Origin: Curvularia clavata
Taxonomy: Eukaryota
Assembly: GCA_023920165.1 (NCBI GenBank)
Contig: CP089280.1
Location: 1,178,001-1,242,000 of the forward strand
DNA length: 64,000 bases
Reading direction: 5' to 3'
Part shown: piece after piece, positions 36,117 to 48,723 of the stretch
Position numbering within the stretch: the stretch's first letter is position 1
How the letters are laid out: each line of letters begins with the position of its first letter
Made by a program: the position numbers and the translations under genes
Notes under the pieces: generated by a model
Database searches by the model: none
What the model was told of the DNA's origin: nothing
The model's input: the letters and a program-made list of their open reading frames with translations, nothing else

Positions 36117-37908
36117 TTACGACCCCACAAACTTTCCTTTGGGCGCCCCCTTTACCAGCTTGAATCCGCCCGGCTGCAAGTACTGGAATATCTGCTTCGG
36201 ATCATACTTTTTGGAGATCTGGATCAGTCTTTCCTTGTTCTTCTTGCCATAGCTTCCAATGGGATCCTGAAATTCTGAGGCATAATTCAAGTATATAAAG
36301 TCGTTATCCAAGTTCCTTCTTTTAGCCTCGGCCTTGATAAGTTTGATCGTGTTTGCAATAACCGCCTGGAACTTTGGCTCGTCCTCAGCTTTGGTCCATG
36401 CAGCGTTAAAATTCAACACAAAGTATGGACCTTTTGAGAGATCGAGGCCAAGAGCATTTCCGCCGTTCTTTTGCATTACCTTGATGGCACTGTCAGTGAT
36501 GGGTTGGATGGCCGCGATCAAGAGGATCTTTTCGACATCGGCAACGGTAGCTTCTTGAGCGTAGAATGTATCGGCAATGAATTGGAGCAGTTGCCTGTCC
36601 ATCTTTAGGCTGATCCCCCACCATGTCTCATAGTTACCGACTGCGGGAGCTCCTTGGTTGAGAAGGTCAGCCATTCCTGACATTCGACGAAATCCAGTAG
36701 TGTCCGAAATGGAAGTGATGTTATTCCAATTGGAAAAGATGGGGGCATTAGCAATGGGTTTGGCATAGTCTAAGACTGAGAATAAGATTTTACCGACGCC
36801 TGGGGCATTGGCGAATGTCTGATCATATCAGCGCTATGAGTTGAGTCGATAAGTGATGATATCAACTTACAATAATTTCTGCAGCGTCTTCATCTTTGGC
36901 CGAGCCAGTCATGGTAAACTCGTAGAGTGCATCCAGAACAGCAGGAAAGGCGTTTTCCGTATAGATACGAGTGCCGCCCCACATGTCGCCCAGTGGGAAA
37001 GCATTTAGCTTGAAGTTTGTGACGATTCCGAAGTTGTTACCTCCGCCTCTCAAAGCCCAGTACAGATCGGGATAGGACGATGCTGTAACATTGATGGGTA
37101 TACCCGAAGCCGTCACCAATTCAAAGCTTGCAACGTTATCACACGCCCAACCGCGCTTATTTGCAAAATGAGATATGCCTCCTCCCAGGATAAGTCCAGG
37201 AACGCCGACTGGCGCCATCTTCATTACTTGTTAGCAAGCGCCACTCTCCAAAGAAGGGTTGCGTAAACTCACTCGACCTCCTGAAACACTAAGGTCGTAC
37301 TTTTCAACTGCATTGTAAACGTCTATCCACTTCAAACCTGGACCAATATCCACCGTTTGCTTGTCGGCAGCAACAATGGCTTGCTTGAAATTCTCCATCG
37401 AAATGGTGATACCATCTTGGATACTCGAAGCACCTGCGAATGCCGCGTGACCGCCACCCTTTACAGCAAAAGGACATTGGTACAGTCTTGAGACTAGTAC
37501 GACTGTAGAGACATCCAATGTTGATTTTGGCTTGAACACGCATGATGGACGGAGTGCGCCCTGCTGAGCAGACCAGTATGCTCCTGTAAAGTTGGCATAC
37601 GCAGACGCGCTTTCAGCCAATACTTTGTCCGAATCGAAGATTTTGGTCAAGGCTGTACACTTGAATGGCTGTTAGTGCCCAAAGCAGTTCCGCTGTGTAT
37701 AAACTTGACTTGCCGCATGAGAACATTGTCCGACTGGAGAGCGCGGGGTGAGCGAAGTGTCAGTCTCTGGGAGCTTCGAGGCATCGACACCCAGTTTTTC
37801 AAGAGCTGACCTGACGTTGAAATCTTGCGGCTCAAAGGACTCGGTACTGGTTTGTGCCGTTGCTCCAACAACAAGCGCTCCCAGTGGGAGAAGACTGTTG
37901 ACTCTCAT
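36117..37908 (-). CDS. Secreted FAD-linked oxidoreductase (BBE/6-hydroxy-D-nicotine oxidase-like); 3 introns, the first GC-AG
   Basis: Signal peptide; FAVKGGGH (covalent-FAD His), VGVPGLILGGG, DLYWALRGGGNNFGIVT, YLNYA and KYDP..FQ motifs. Confidence 0.9.
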
Positions 37909-39242
37909 GTTTGGAGATGATCTAGACGAGGCTGCGATATCATGTGAGTAGGAGATTTACTTGTAACGACAGTATATTCTTCGGTATCTCCAAGAGCATG
38001 CAGAAACTCGACAGATGAAAGAAGTCAGAGTTGGGCGGTGGAAATAAAGTGTCGACTGGCATGGCGACTACATCTAGCATTCGGAAACTCGACTTACCGT
38101 AGACTAGCCTAGATTAGGCCCTGCGTGCTGGTTCGATTGGTGACACTTCAGCCTGTGTACGGGAAAATGGTGGATTATTGCCAGATGTGGCGCTGCTGAC
38201 ATAGGGGTCAGAAAGTGCCCGGCAGACAAGTAGTGGTGCCCGCCCTCCTTAGCCTCACTTAGCGCAGCACAGGGACTCGAGAACGAGCGGGCTTAACTCC
38301 GTCGCGCGATATGGGAAAGTAAAAACCGGTGTATGAATACGGTAGCTGAATTTTACAACCTAGCTAGGCGAAGAAGGAGGTGCTGGCGGTGAATGAAAAG
38401 ACGTTATGGTGGGGTAGGTAGGTAGGTCTGCAGGGGACATGGCATGGGTCATCCAGCCTCCCGGGATATGGACTGAGTTCAAATGGGAATGACGAAGCAG
38501 TGGCTGTGTAATAAGAGATTTTCGCTGGATGGAGATACACATAGGGTTAGTAATATATCTCGAACTAGAGACTACACGGCTACTCAATACCAAGTAGTGT
38601 AGCCAATGTATCGATATTCAGTGAAGTTGCCTAAGGTAATTGGCTTGATGAGTGTCTGCAAGTGACAATCGTCTACAGAAAAATATGGTGGAATGAAAGA
38701 CGTAATCGTAATAAAGTCGACATATTTACCACCGATGTTGTTGGTTTAGCATAGCAACAATGCGCCCCTGTATGACGAACTCGAAAAACTATAGAAAGGT
38801 GTATGGGTAGCTCGTCGAATCAGCAGACAGCTGATGGAGTTTACCAGGGCTCATGTTATAGCGCTGTGCAACTGTTTATTGTTCTGAGGGGTATTTCGAC
38901 CATGTTCAAGTGGTTTGGAGGCTTTAGGGTAGCTCCACAGCTGTTCTCATTGTGTGAAGAGACATTGTGGATCTTTCGCGGGTGAAGAAGCGGATAAAGC
39001 ACTTAGAAGTAATGGGCGGCGGCCACTTGGATTTCTGTGAGCAGATGGTCGCTGATGACGCGGGAGCAGGCGATAAGAAGAGTTCTAATGTTAGGATTCT
39101 TATCGTGGGACATCCTGGCTATCGGAACTTTTTGCATTCTGGAGTTGGCTCAGACGTAATTCTTCAGACGATACTCCGAGCCAGAAGCCTCTTTTTCACT
39201 CTAGCACCACTCTCTAAACAAAAAACATTTATAAATAACCTT

Positions 39243-39476
39243 TTCCCATAACTGGTGAAACCGGAAAATGGCGGTCTATAAAATCGTACTAAATCAGAGT
39301 TAAATCACCACTTCTACTTTGAAAATCAGCCATAATTGTCATAGTTACTGATTTTTTACCATGTTTCAGCACTTACAATTCTACTTTTTACAAGTAGCGG
39401 TAGTTGTCACTGTCATTTATCATTAAAAGTGTTGATAGCTTGTTCTTGATTTTCTGGTTTTACTGGTCGCGAGAGA
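39243..39476. repeat. Imperfect palindromic (MITE-like) element, homologous in inverted orientation to 40921-41078
   Basis: Ends TTCCCATAACTGGTGAAACCGGAAAAT ... ATTTTCTGGTTTTACTGGTCGCGAGAG are imperfect inverted repeats. It also has an internal degenerate duplication. No TSD seen. Confidence 0.75.
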
Positions 39477-39747
39477 ATCACCATGTAAGTCGCGATTGTT
39501 TCAAAACATAATGATATTATATCCTTCCTAAGATGCCCAAGAGAGTCCCATCCTGGTGTCCCTCTCTCACGTTCTCTCTATGCTGGTATTTTTGTCCCTC
39601 GTCCACAAACTTCCAAGAAAAACTTCCAAAAAACAACAGATCGTTTAGGGGAAACAAGCATCGCTCCCCGTAGAAATTCGTGTCGTCAACAAGGGTTACA
39701 AGGAAAAGCCAAGTAGGAAAAGAAAATAGGGAAGATAAGAAATGCCG

Positions 39748-42322
39748 CTAGACAATCTGTAAAAAGATGTAAGAAAGAGTTTTAAAGAAAACGGAGATGC
39801 AGAAAAAGATCCTTCAAAAGACTAGAAGGCTTTTTCAGTGCTTAGGGCAGCAGCATACATGTGGACCGCTCTCGATAACCTCCTTGGTAGCCTCATCCTC
39901 GTACTTCTTGAAGTTCTCCATGAAGAGACGACCGAGCTTCTCGACCTCGTCCTGGAGACTGGCAGTGCCGCTCCAGCTGTTGCGGGGGTTGAGCAGGTCG
40001 TCGGGGACGCCAGTGCACTTCTTGGGAACCTGGAGGTTGAAGACCTCGTAGTTCTCGTACTCGGCGTTGGCGAGCTCGCCGTTGTGGATGGCGTCGAGGA
40101 TGGCACGGGTGAATTTCAAGCTGCAGCGCTTGCCGCCAGTGGTGGCACCGGCACCGACCCAGCCGGTGTTGAGGAGCCAGGCGTTGGCGTTGTGCTGCTG
40201 GATCTTCTCGGCGAGCATCTTGGCGTAGCGCATGGGGTGCAGGGCAAGGAAGGGCTGGGCGAAGCAGGAGGAGAAGGTGGCTTGGGGCTCGGTGACACCC
40301 TGCTCGGTACCGGCCATCTTGGAAGTGTATCCAGAGATGAAGTGGTACATGGTTTGCTCGGGGTTGAGCTTGGAGATCGGGGGAAGGACACCGCGAGCGT
40401 CGCAGGTAAGGAGGACAATGTTCTTGGGGTGCTGGTTGGAGATGCAGGGAATCTTGGTGTTCTCAATGTACTCGATGGGGTAGGCGCAGCGGGTGTTCTC
40501 GGTCAGGGTATCATCGTCGTAGTCTACGACACGAGTGACGGGGTCGAAAACAACGTTCTCGAGGATGGAACCGAAGCGGATAGCGCCATAAATATCGGGC
40601 TCCTTCTCAGCAGAGAGACCAATGCACTTGGCGTAGCAACCACCCTCAATGTTGAAGATACCAGTGTCAGACCAGCAGTGCTCGTCGTCACCAATCAAAG
40701 CACGCTTGGGGTCGGCAGACAGGGTAGTCTTTCCTGTTCCAGACAGACCGAAGAAGACAGTGACATCGCCATCCTGGCCCTCGTTGGCAGAAGAGTGCAG
40801 GGTGAGGACGTTGTGCTTGACGGGCATCTCGTAGTAGAGAACGGTGAAGATACCCTTCTTCATTTCACCTTGAATTGATAAGTTAGCTGAGTTCATGTTG
40901 CAGTGCAATTCAGAAAGAACTCTCCCACAGCTAGTAAAACTGGATAATGAAAACGCGCTCATCCCTCAGGACCAACTATCAAAACAGCAAATGATAGTTG
41001 ACTGTGACAACTACAGCTATTTTGAAAAGTGATGGCCTTGGGAGGTCGCCATTTTCCGGTTTCACCGGTTATGGGAGACAGATGTGGGAGAGGAGAGCCA
41101 CTTACCGGCATACTCGGTACCAAGGATAACCATCTCCTTGTCCTGGAAGTTGAGGGCAACGGACGTCGAAGAGGTCATACCGCTAGTGTACCTGTTCGCG
41201 GGGAAAGCACCAGCATTGTAGATGGTGTAGTCGGGTTGGAAGTGCTCCAGCTCCTCCTTGGAGGGGCGAATGAGCATGTTGCGCATGAAGAGAGCATGGT
41301 AGGCACGAGCGCAGACGACGCGGACGCGTATCCTGTAACGCTCGTCCCAGCCGGCGAATCCATCGACGACGTAGATGCGGTTGCGGGTGTTGAGGTAGTC
41401 GATAGCACGCTCACGGTTGATGCGCCAGACCTAGGAGTCATGTGAGTATGTGTATGTATGGTTGGAGCAAAAGCACGTGATAAGATTCCCGAACTGATCG
41501 GGGCGCAGGCTGGAGTGTGGGGCGTGCCGAGACATCCCCGGACGCGCCACGTGCAAGGATGCGAACATCCTCGGGTCTGCCCCTAGCGTGCATGACGTTT
41601 TGACGCTGATCTTGACCAGCCAGCGAGCGCCAATTTACGTATTGGATTGGAATGAAAAACGCTCCAGAACAGGTGCGGAGAAAGGGACTTACGTCAGTCT
41701 TCATTGGCTTGTTAACAGGGCCCCACCAGACGTCGTTTTTCGATGTCTCCTCCTCGACGATGCGCTTATCCGAGGGTGAGCGGCCAGTCTTGGCTCCTGA
41801 GTATGCCGAGAGAGCGCCTGATGCTGTGATGGCTGAGCCGGTCTCGTATACGAGAGCATCTTCGTAGAGAGCAGCAACTGAAGGATTGGCAATCTAGGGG
41901 GTTTGGTTGGTATTGGAAGTATAGTTTGGTTTGTGAGTATACTTACAATGGCTACACGGTCGTAGTCAATGTGTGCCTTGTCGTGGAGTGCCTCTTCAAT
42001 CTCTGTGTGGCCCTTGTTCGGTCTGGAAGAAGAATTAACAATAGTCAATCAAGATGCTCTTTGCCTAAAAGTCCAATCGAGATGGGATGGAAGCATGTGA
42101 AAGTGGGAGAGAGACTCACGCAACACCGGAGGGATGGAGGTTTGTCTTGTTTACGGTTTGAGAGACCATGTTGAAGTTTAGGACGGGGGAGATGGAGGAA
42201 GAATGGAAGTTGGAACGCTGTTGTTTGGACACCTGCTGACGGGCAAAGTCTTGGGCCAAAGTGGAATGGGTTGCGGATGGAAGAAGGGGATTCTGAGGGC
42301 TTTTAATACCACGAGAAGGCAT
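39748..42322 (-). CDS. PCK1: Phosphoenolpyruvate carboxykinase (ATP). Start at 42322 or 42169; stop at 39748 (terminal intron 39757-39858 spliced) or 39835 (retained)
   Basis: [50 protein letters not shown] and ENTRCAYP motifs. Strong C-ending codon bias. Orthologue of Aspergillus acuF. Confidence 0.95.
40921..41078. repeat. Imperfect palindromic element inside PEPCK intron 4 (40869-41105)
   Basis: TCTCCCACAGCTAGTAAAACTGGATAAT ... ATTTTCCGGTTTCACCGGTTATGGGAGA terminal inverted repeat, plus an inner hairpin CAACTATCA...TGATAGTTG. Confidence 0.8.
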
Positions 42323-43717
42323 TCTGACGACGCTCTGGGTGCTGAGTCTGGCAATGCTGGGCCGGGGACGGGCTAGCGCAGCGGCAGCTGATTGGGCCAG
42401 GGCGCGTGCTTGGGAGCTGGGAGTGATGGTCGGCTCACGAGGGACGAAAATAACGCGGAGCAGGGCGCGAGGGCTGGGAGGACCCGGAAAAGACGCTCGG
42501 CAAGTGCAGCGGGCTCGAGCTGTATGGCTGAGAAGGAGTCGTGGGCCGGCTCGCATGGGATCTGGCTGCTGTCTAGAGGGCGACAGCTCAGGCGTGTGCG
42601 GTCACGGTTGTGTCATGGCAGACGGCGTGCTCGCTCTCGCACTCGCTGTCCCAAGGCACCTCGTGACGGCCAAGCAGACGGGCAGGCGGACCTACACTGA
42701 GTGTGTGCAAATGCGCCTGCTCGCATTGGCTGCTGCTACCCCACATTCATCCCCGCCCCAAAGCGGCTAGCCGCCACCGCTTGTCGTCATGGTTTCATCC
42801 CTCCTCCACTCTGCACTGCCCGTTGGATTCGCGATGGTTACCGCTACTCTGGCTCTATCTGGTCCATGGTTTCCTTGGCCTGCCTGTCTTTCGCCCACAT
42901 GGAATTCGAATCGGAAAACGTCGTCGTCATATCCCAGCGGACACTCCGCTGCCCTGCCATCGCAGCTGCCGGCACTCTACACTGCAATTCCATACAGACA
43001 CGCGACAGCGTTTTCCGGCAGTTGGTATCGTGGACAATGTCGTGTCAGCGCTAGCCAGCACCAAACCGCAGAGCTGGACATGGTGGCGGTGCAAACACAT
43101 GCAAACTACACTCTGCAAACGTTCCGATTCCAGCTCGTGTGAGGTCTGCACCCATGCAAATCCCCCTGCACCATGATGCAAGGCGGTTTAGGCCTAGCAC
43201 GTCGATTGCTCCATGCACAAATCATGGACCTCGGACGGATGGGCCTGGCGGCTTCGGAAAAGCTGAGGCATTTGGACGCTCTCAATTCTTTTCCATGGCT
43301 AGCCGACCTGATGCTGGATTTGCATGTGTCAAGTGCCGAGTAGTGCCTCGACGCTGTTAATCGCGCAGTGTCGTGTTACCTAACACTCGGCAAGCATCGC
43401 ACTTGGCGCATATTGACAGCGGCCAGCTCGCATGACGTGCGCTCGTTGAATGGTCTGTGTCTGCAAAATAAGAAAATAAAATTGCTATTAACAGTGTGCG
43501 CGTGACCGGCCGCACTGAGCCTGGAGCCTGGCCAAACCACCGCATGCCACGCTCTAGAAGCCCAAGAAGTATTTTGCGGGGAACATGCACGACGCGGATA
43601 TGAGCCCCGGTTTTCCTCGTGGCCCGTTCTCACATCTGTGGCTGCCCAATCCAGCCCTGCGCGTTCCGGCCGCGGGCGCGCTACGACTTTTCCCGAACCC
43701 CAGACTCGTCCTCAGCC

Positions 43718-46700
43718 TCAAGCCGCACTACCATTTTCCTTCTTCCGCTGCGTCTCCTTTTTCTGCTTGCGTGCAGACGGACTGAAGAAGGCCTTGATTT
43801 GCCGCAGACCACCAAGATACAACCACGTGCAGATGAACACGACAGCAAAGTTGAACAGAATGTATGCCCACATAATGCCTGCAGTCTTGTCAGCGTTTGC
43901 TAAAAACAACAATAAAAAAAATTCGGCCACTTACCAAAGTCCCGCCAAATGTATCGTGGAAACACATTGAACGATGCAGCAAACGCATCCCCAGTTGCGT
44001 ATTGACAGAACCCACAGTTACCGTCGGGTTGTGCCTCAACATATCCACCCGATTGCTGAGCAAACTGGCCAGCGTAGCTCTGACAGTCTTGACCTGGTGG
44101 CGGTGGGAAGATGGCCAGTTCGTTGGTTGCACATCTGACTTCCTGCCCCTGTACTAGAAGAGCCAGGAATCCTTCCAAGAGGTACTTGAACGGCGTCAGC
44201 CAGTACATCCAGCTCTGCCAGAACGTTGGCAGCGACGCATAAGGAACAACAACTCCGCAAAACGATACGATAAAAGTAAAAAACAACGGGACCAGTAGCG
44301 AGGCTAGAAGCTCATTGGGAGAGAATGAAGCAATCGCCTGCCCAAACCCAAGATAAAACACCTCAAACAGCATAACAAACAGCCACACACTTGCGGCCGT
44401 GTATGTGTCGCGGGGAAAACCGGGAGGAAAGTACCAGCAGCACCAGTAGATGGTTCCCGAAATGATACGATACGGTAACTCGCTGAGTATGATGCCCCAC
44501 ACCATGGCCGTCCACGAGTAGATTTTGGCACTGCCTTCTCGCGCATTGTAGATTCCGCGAATATTGATGAATCGAGGTTGTAGCTGCTGGATTAGGGGCG
44601 GCGCGATCGTCAGCGTCATGAAAACTGAAAACAGCCGCGACTGCATATCAATTTGACTCTGACCCAGGTTCCAAAAGGTAAAGCCGTTGAAGAGGCCGGT
44701 AATGATATGTAGCATAACCATGCCCTGCACATACGGTGGATCTCTCCATATGGCCACAAAGTTGCGTTTCACAACTGCAAGCCATTGCTGAGCATATGGC
44801 ATTGCGTATTCCCGATCGTCGCGAGCTTCTTCGTTCTCCGCTGCACTTCGCCGATTGGCAATGATATCCTGAATCTCTTTGGTCAAATTCTCATTCTCTC
44901 GCGACCTCTCCCAAACATCGCCCCAGTCTTGGCCTTTGTAGTCGGGGTTACCGGCACCAATGGCTTCCAACATGTATTCAGCAGGGTTTGTATGGGGCGG
45001 ACACTTCTCTGCGCCGTTATTTTCAAGGTACTCGATCAGGTTCCGAGAGTCATGGCCCAGTTCACCAAAGTAAACTGTGCGACCGCCAGACTTTAGAAGA
45101 AGAAGCTGATCGAAATGCTCAAAGAGAACAGCGCTAGGTTGATGGATTGTGCAGAGAATGGCTTGTCCTGCATCCGCAAGCTATCTCATAGTCAGTTGCT
45201 GTTCTTAGGTTTTGCAAGAAGACTTACCTTGCGTAAGAACCGGACAATGTTGAATGCAGCACCAGAGTCAAGACCAGAAGTAGGTTCGTCGAGGAACATG
45301 AGCAGCTCAGGTTTACTAGCAAGCTCCACACCGATAGTCAGGCGTTTTCTTTGCTCTTGATTCAGGCCTGAACCAGTAGTACCGATTGCTGCACCAGCAA
45401 TGTCGCGCATCTCGAGCAGATCTATAATCTTCTCAACATACTCGTACTTTTCTTTGATCGGAACCTCCTTTGGTTGCCTCAGTCTCGCAGAAAATTGCAA
45501 GGCTTCGCGTACTGTAGCCGTTGATTCGTGGACATCCATTTGCTCTGCAAATCCAGTAGAGCGCTGGAAGGAATGGGGAAGTGGTTTACCATCTACAAGG
45601 AAATCTCCACGAACAACACCAAAATTGATACGTTGAGCGAGTGTGTTTAACAACGTCGTCTTTCCTGCACCAGAAGCTCCCATCAAGGCCGTAAGTTTTC
45701 CAGGTTTCACAAAACCCTGTACACCCTTCAACAAGGTTCGTTCGCCCTTCTCATACGGAATAGTGTATGTGATATCCTGGAACGTGAAGATTGTCTCGTT
45801 CTTTGCAACGCCTCCCGCAGTCTTGTCTGCGTCGTCGCTATCGCTAGCAGAGGGCTTCTCTACAACCGCCCCACCGTTGCCGGCCTCCTCGTCTTTGGGT
45901 AGAGTCTTGGTCTCCATTTCCTTTTCGACAGTCTTGGGAACCTGACCACGCTTGTAGATGGTGACTGCTCCACCGCCTTTATTAGGTTTTTGGATTTCCA
46001 TGCCAAATGCGGTGAGGGCCACGAAGAAGAGGAAGAAAGCGCAGATGAAGCCAAAGTTGCGCCACAAATGGGTTCTCGAGTATCCATAAGCTTCCGAGAT
46101 GTAATCAGAACCAGCAACTGTCAGCGATCCAGGTCTGTTTCCTTGGATAGCACAGGATTGATATCGCTCTTCAGCACCAGGAACCTGCGGAGCGATGAAT
46201 GGAGGTACGCATTGGATGTCCAGGTTATAAAACTCGTTCGCCAAGAGACCCTCGAATCCGTACTGGATTGGATTGACCCATCGCAACCATGAAAACCACG
46301 GATGCATCTTGGCTGGGGGAATCAAATATCCAGTATACACAACGAGTGCCTGGATAGCGACACCGGTTATTCGAGTTGCCACATCCAATGAGCCCACCAA
46401 GGCACCAATCGCCCTAAAGAAGGCATACATGGTCATGGTGATAATCCAGAGGAACAGGAGCGAGATGAAAAACTGGGATGGGGTTCGTGAAAGGTTTGCC
46501 ATGAAGTACACCACAATGTCGAAGATGCAAACTTGGACCAACACAAGTGGCACGTCAATGACAGTTTGCGCAATGGCATAAGCAGCCGGCCGGTAGAATG
46601 AGAAGCTCTTGTGCTTGAGCAGTATGGGTCGTGACTCAAAAGCAGCAGTGAGTTCAGCCAGGGCGAGAAGGGCATTGAAGAGCAGCATGAAGAAGATGAC

Positions 46701-48723
46701 ACCACCTCGAGGAAACACACCTTGGGCCGTGTTCGGGAGATCGTAGAAGAGCGAACCGACAATCAGTGCTTGGAACAAAATACCACCCCATTTACCAACA
46801 AGAGACTGCGGGTCTCCCACCATGACCAGAAATTGGCGCTTGGTGCAAGCCATGACCTGAGCAGGGAACGAGATGGTAAAGTTCTTCTTCTTTGTTGCCT
46901 TGGTCTGGGCATGTCGACGCTCTTCGGCCTGCCGCTTCGTCTCCCTTTCGAACTCTTGAATCTCTTGAAAGTTGTCGTATGCCTGTTCGCTGTTGGCAAA
47001 AGCTTCTCCAAATGCAGCCCCCGTACGGGGAATACGGTCTTCCCAGCCTTCTCTGACTTGGCGCTCATGATCATCAGTGACCGAAGTCAAAAAGTCACTA
47101 GTCGTCCAGCGTTCAGGCTTCTCGAAGCCGAGGTTCTTGAAATATGCCGCAGCCTTTTCGGTAGGCCCGAAGTAGCAGCACCGCCCCTCGTGGATCAAGA
47201 GGACTTTGTCGAAGAGCTCATATAGGGACTCTCCGGCTTGATACAATGCTACTGCGGTGGAGACTTGGGCCATGTTGGTTAATGAACGTAGACTTTGGAC
47301 ATATTCAAGAGCGGTACTCGCGTCCAGACCGCGCGTGCTATTGTCCCAGCACTGTACGGAAGCCTTTGTGACCATGGCTTCCGCGATCGAAACACGCTTC
47401 TTCTCACCGCCGGACACACCACGAATGAGCTGCAAATGCACCGTTAGCATCTAATCTGCATATAAATCCGTATGCAATACTTACTTCGTTGCCCACTTTA
47501 GTTCCAAGAGTATGCTCGATCCAAAACAGCTTCGTGACCACACGGAGAAACTCATTGACATAGTCTTTACGACTCTCGCCCTCTTTCCGCGACTCCTTTC
47601 CAGGAGTCCTCGTCTTCAACGCGAATTTTAACGTATCTTTGACCTTCAATGTCGCATAGTGTAAATCGTCTTCCGGGTTGTACAGGACTTCGCTTCGGTA
47701 CTTCTTGCTCATCTCATGCGCATCAGTGCCTCCATACATCACGTCGCCAGTGACCTCTTCAAAGCCAAACCGCTGGTTTCCAATCATCTTGAGGAAAGTT
47801 GAGCAGCCAGCTCCAGGACGTCCGAGGACAAGTATCATTTCTCCGGGGCGTATGCAGCCGGAAAAGTCGTCGAGGATGGTTCGAACTGGTGGCTTACCCG
47901 CAGCCTTGCGTGGCCCCTTTGTGAGTAGATTCTTGACGAATCGGACAGGGTCGAGGAAAAGCGATCCAACACTCGGCTGTAGAGCGGCGCCGATACCCAT
48001 GCCCTTTACTGTCAAGTGCTTGAAGATGACACCCTGGTGCCGAGTCTTCTCTTCTTCGGACGCCTCTTGCCTTGTGCGGCCGAACATTTTCGACATCAGT
48101 TTGTTGATCTCGTCTTCCTCCTCGGGGCTGTGCCCAGTTGCGCTGGTCTTGGTCTTATTGAGGCCATTGCTCTGGCTTGTCTTTCGTCTGGATAGCACAC
48201 GGAAAAGGTCATCCTCGGTCATTGGTCTTGACCCTCTTGATTGTAGGCCAGGTCTCTCGTCAGCTTTAGCGTGCTTTTCAGATGAGCCTTCGTGTTCGGA
48301 GTCGGATGAGTCGTCTTCGAGCACAACTTGCTGTTCCATGGGGGCTCCTGACGCTGCGGTATGAAGGTAGTTGCTGCTCGGATTGTGACGCTGTGCATCA
48401 GTGTTTTCACTGAGCTCGTTCTGGTCTGCGTGTACTTGGGACGTATTCTGCGGCTGTGACACTCTAGACGATGCTACTGCAGTCGAACCGCTGGAAGTCG
48501 ATGATGGCCCTGCATCGTCGCCTCCATAATAAGTCTGGCTTGTGGTGTGTAGAGTATTAGAGATGAAGGTATTGCCGGTGTCAGAAGCCCTTGGTGTAAC
48601 CGCTTCGTCTTCAGTTCGTTCCCGTGACCCGATATAGGATTGATTTCGGCTCATATCCGCAGGTGTTTCTATCCAGCCACCAGGAAGATGTGAAGGGGTC
48701 GGAGTATCACGTTGTGAATCCAT
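43718..48723 (-). CDS. Full-size ABCG/PDR-type multidrug transporter (NBD-TMD)2, 3 introns
   Basis: GRPGAGCST (degenerate Walker A1), VSGGEKKRVSIAE, CWDNSTRGLD, GASGAGKTT, LNQEQRKRLTIGVEL and LDEPTSGLD motifs. Confidence 0.95.

Noticed and set aside
39838..40878. 346-aa ORF antisense to PEPCK
   Set aside because: It is the shadow of strong C-ending codon bias in a highly expressed gene and has no domain features.
36117..48723. Secondary-metabolite cluster (FAD oxidase, ABC, MFS)
   Set aside because: There is no PKS, NRPS or terpene synthase backbone and no cluster transcription factor, and the genes are separated by housekeeping loci.
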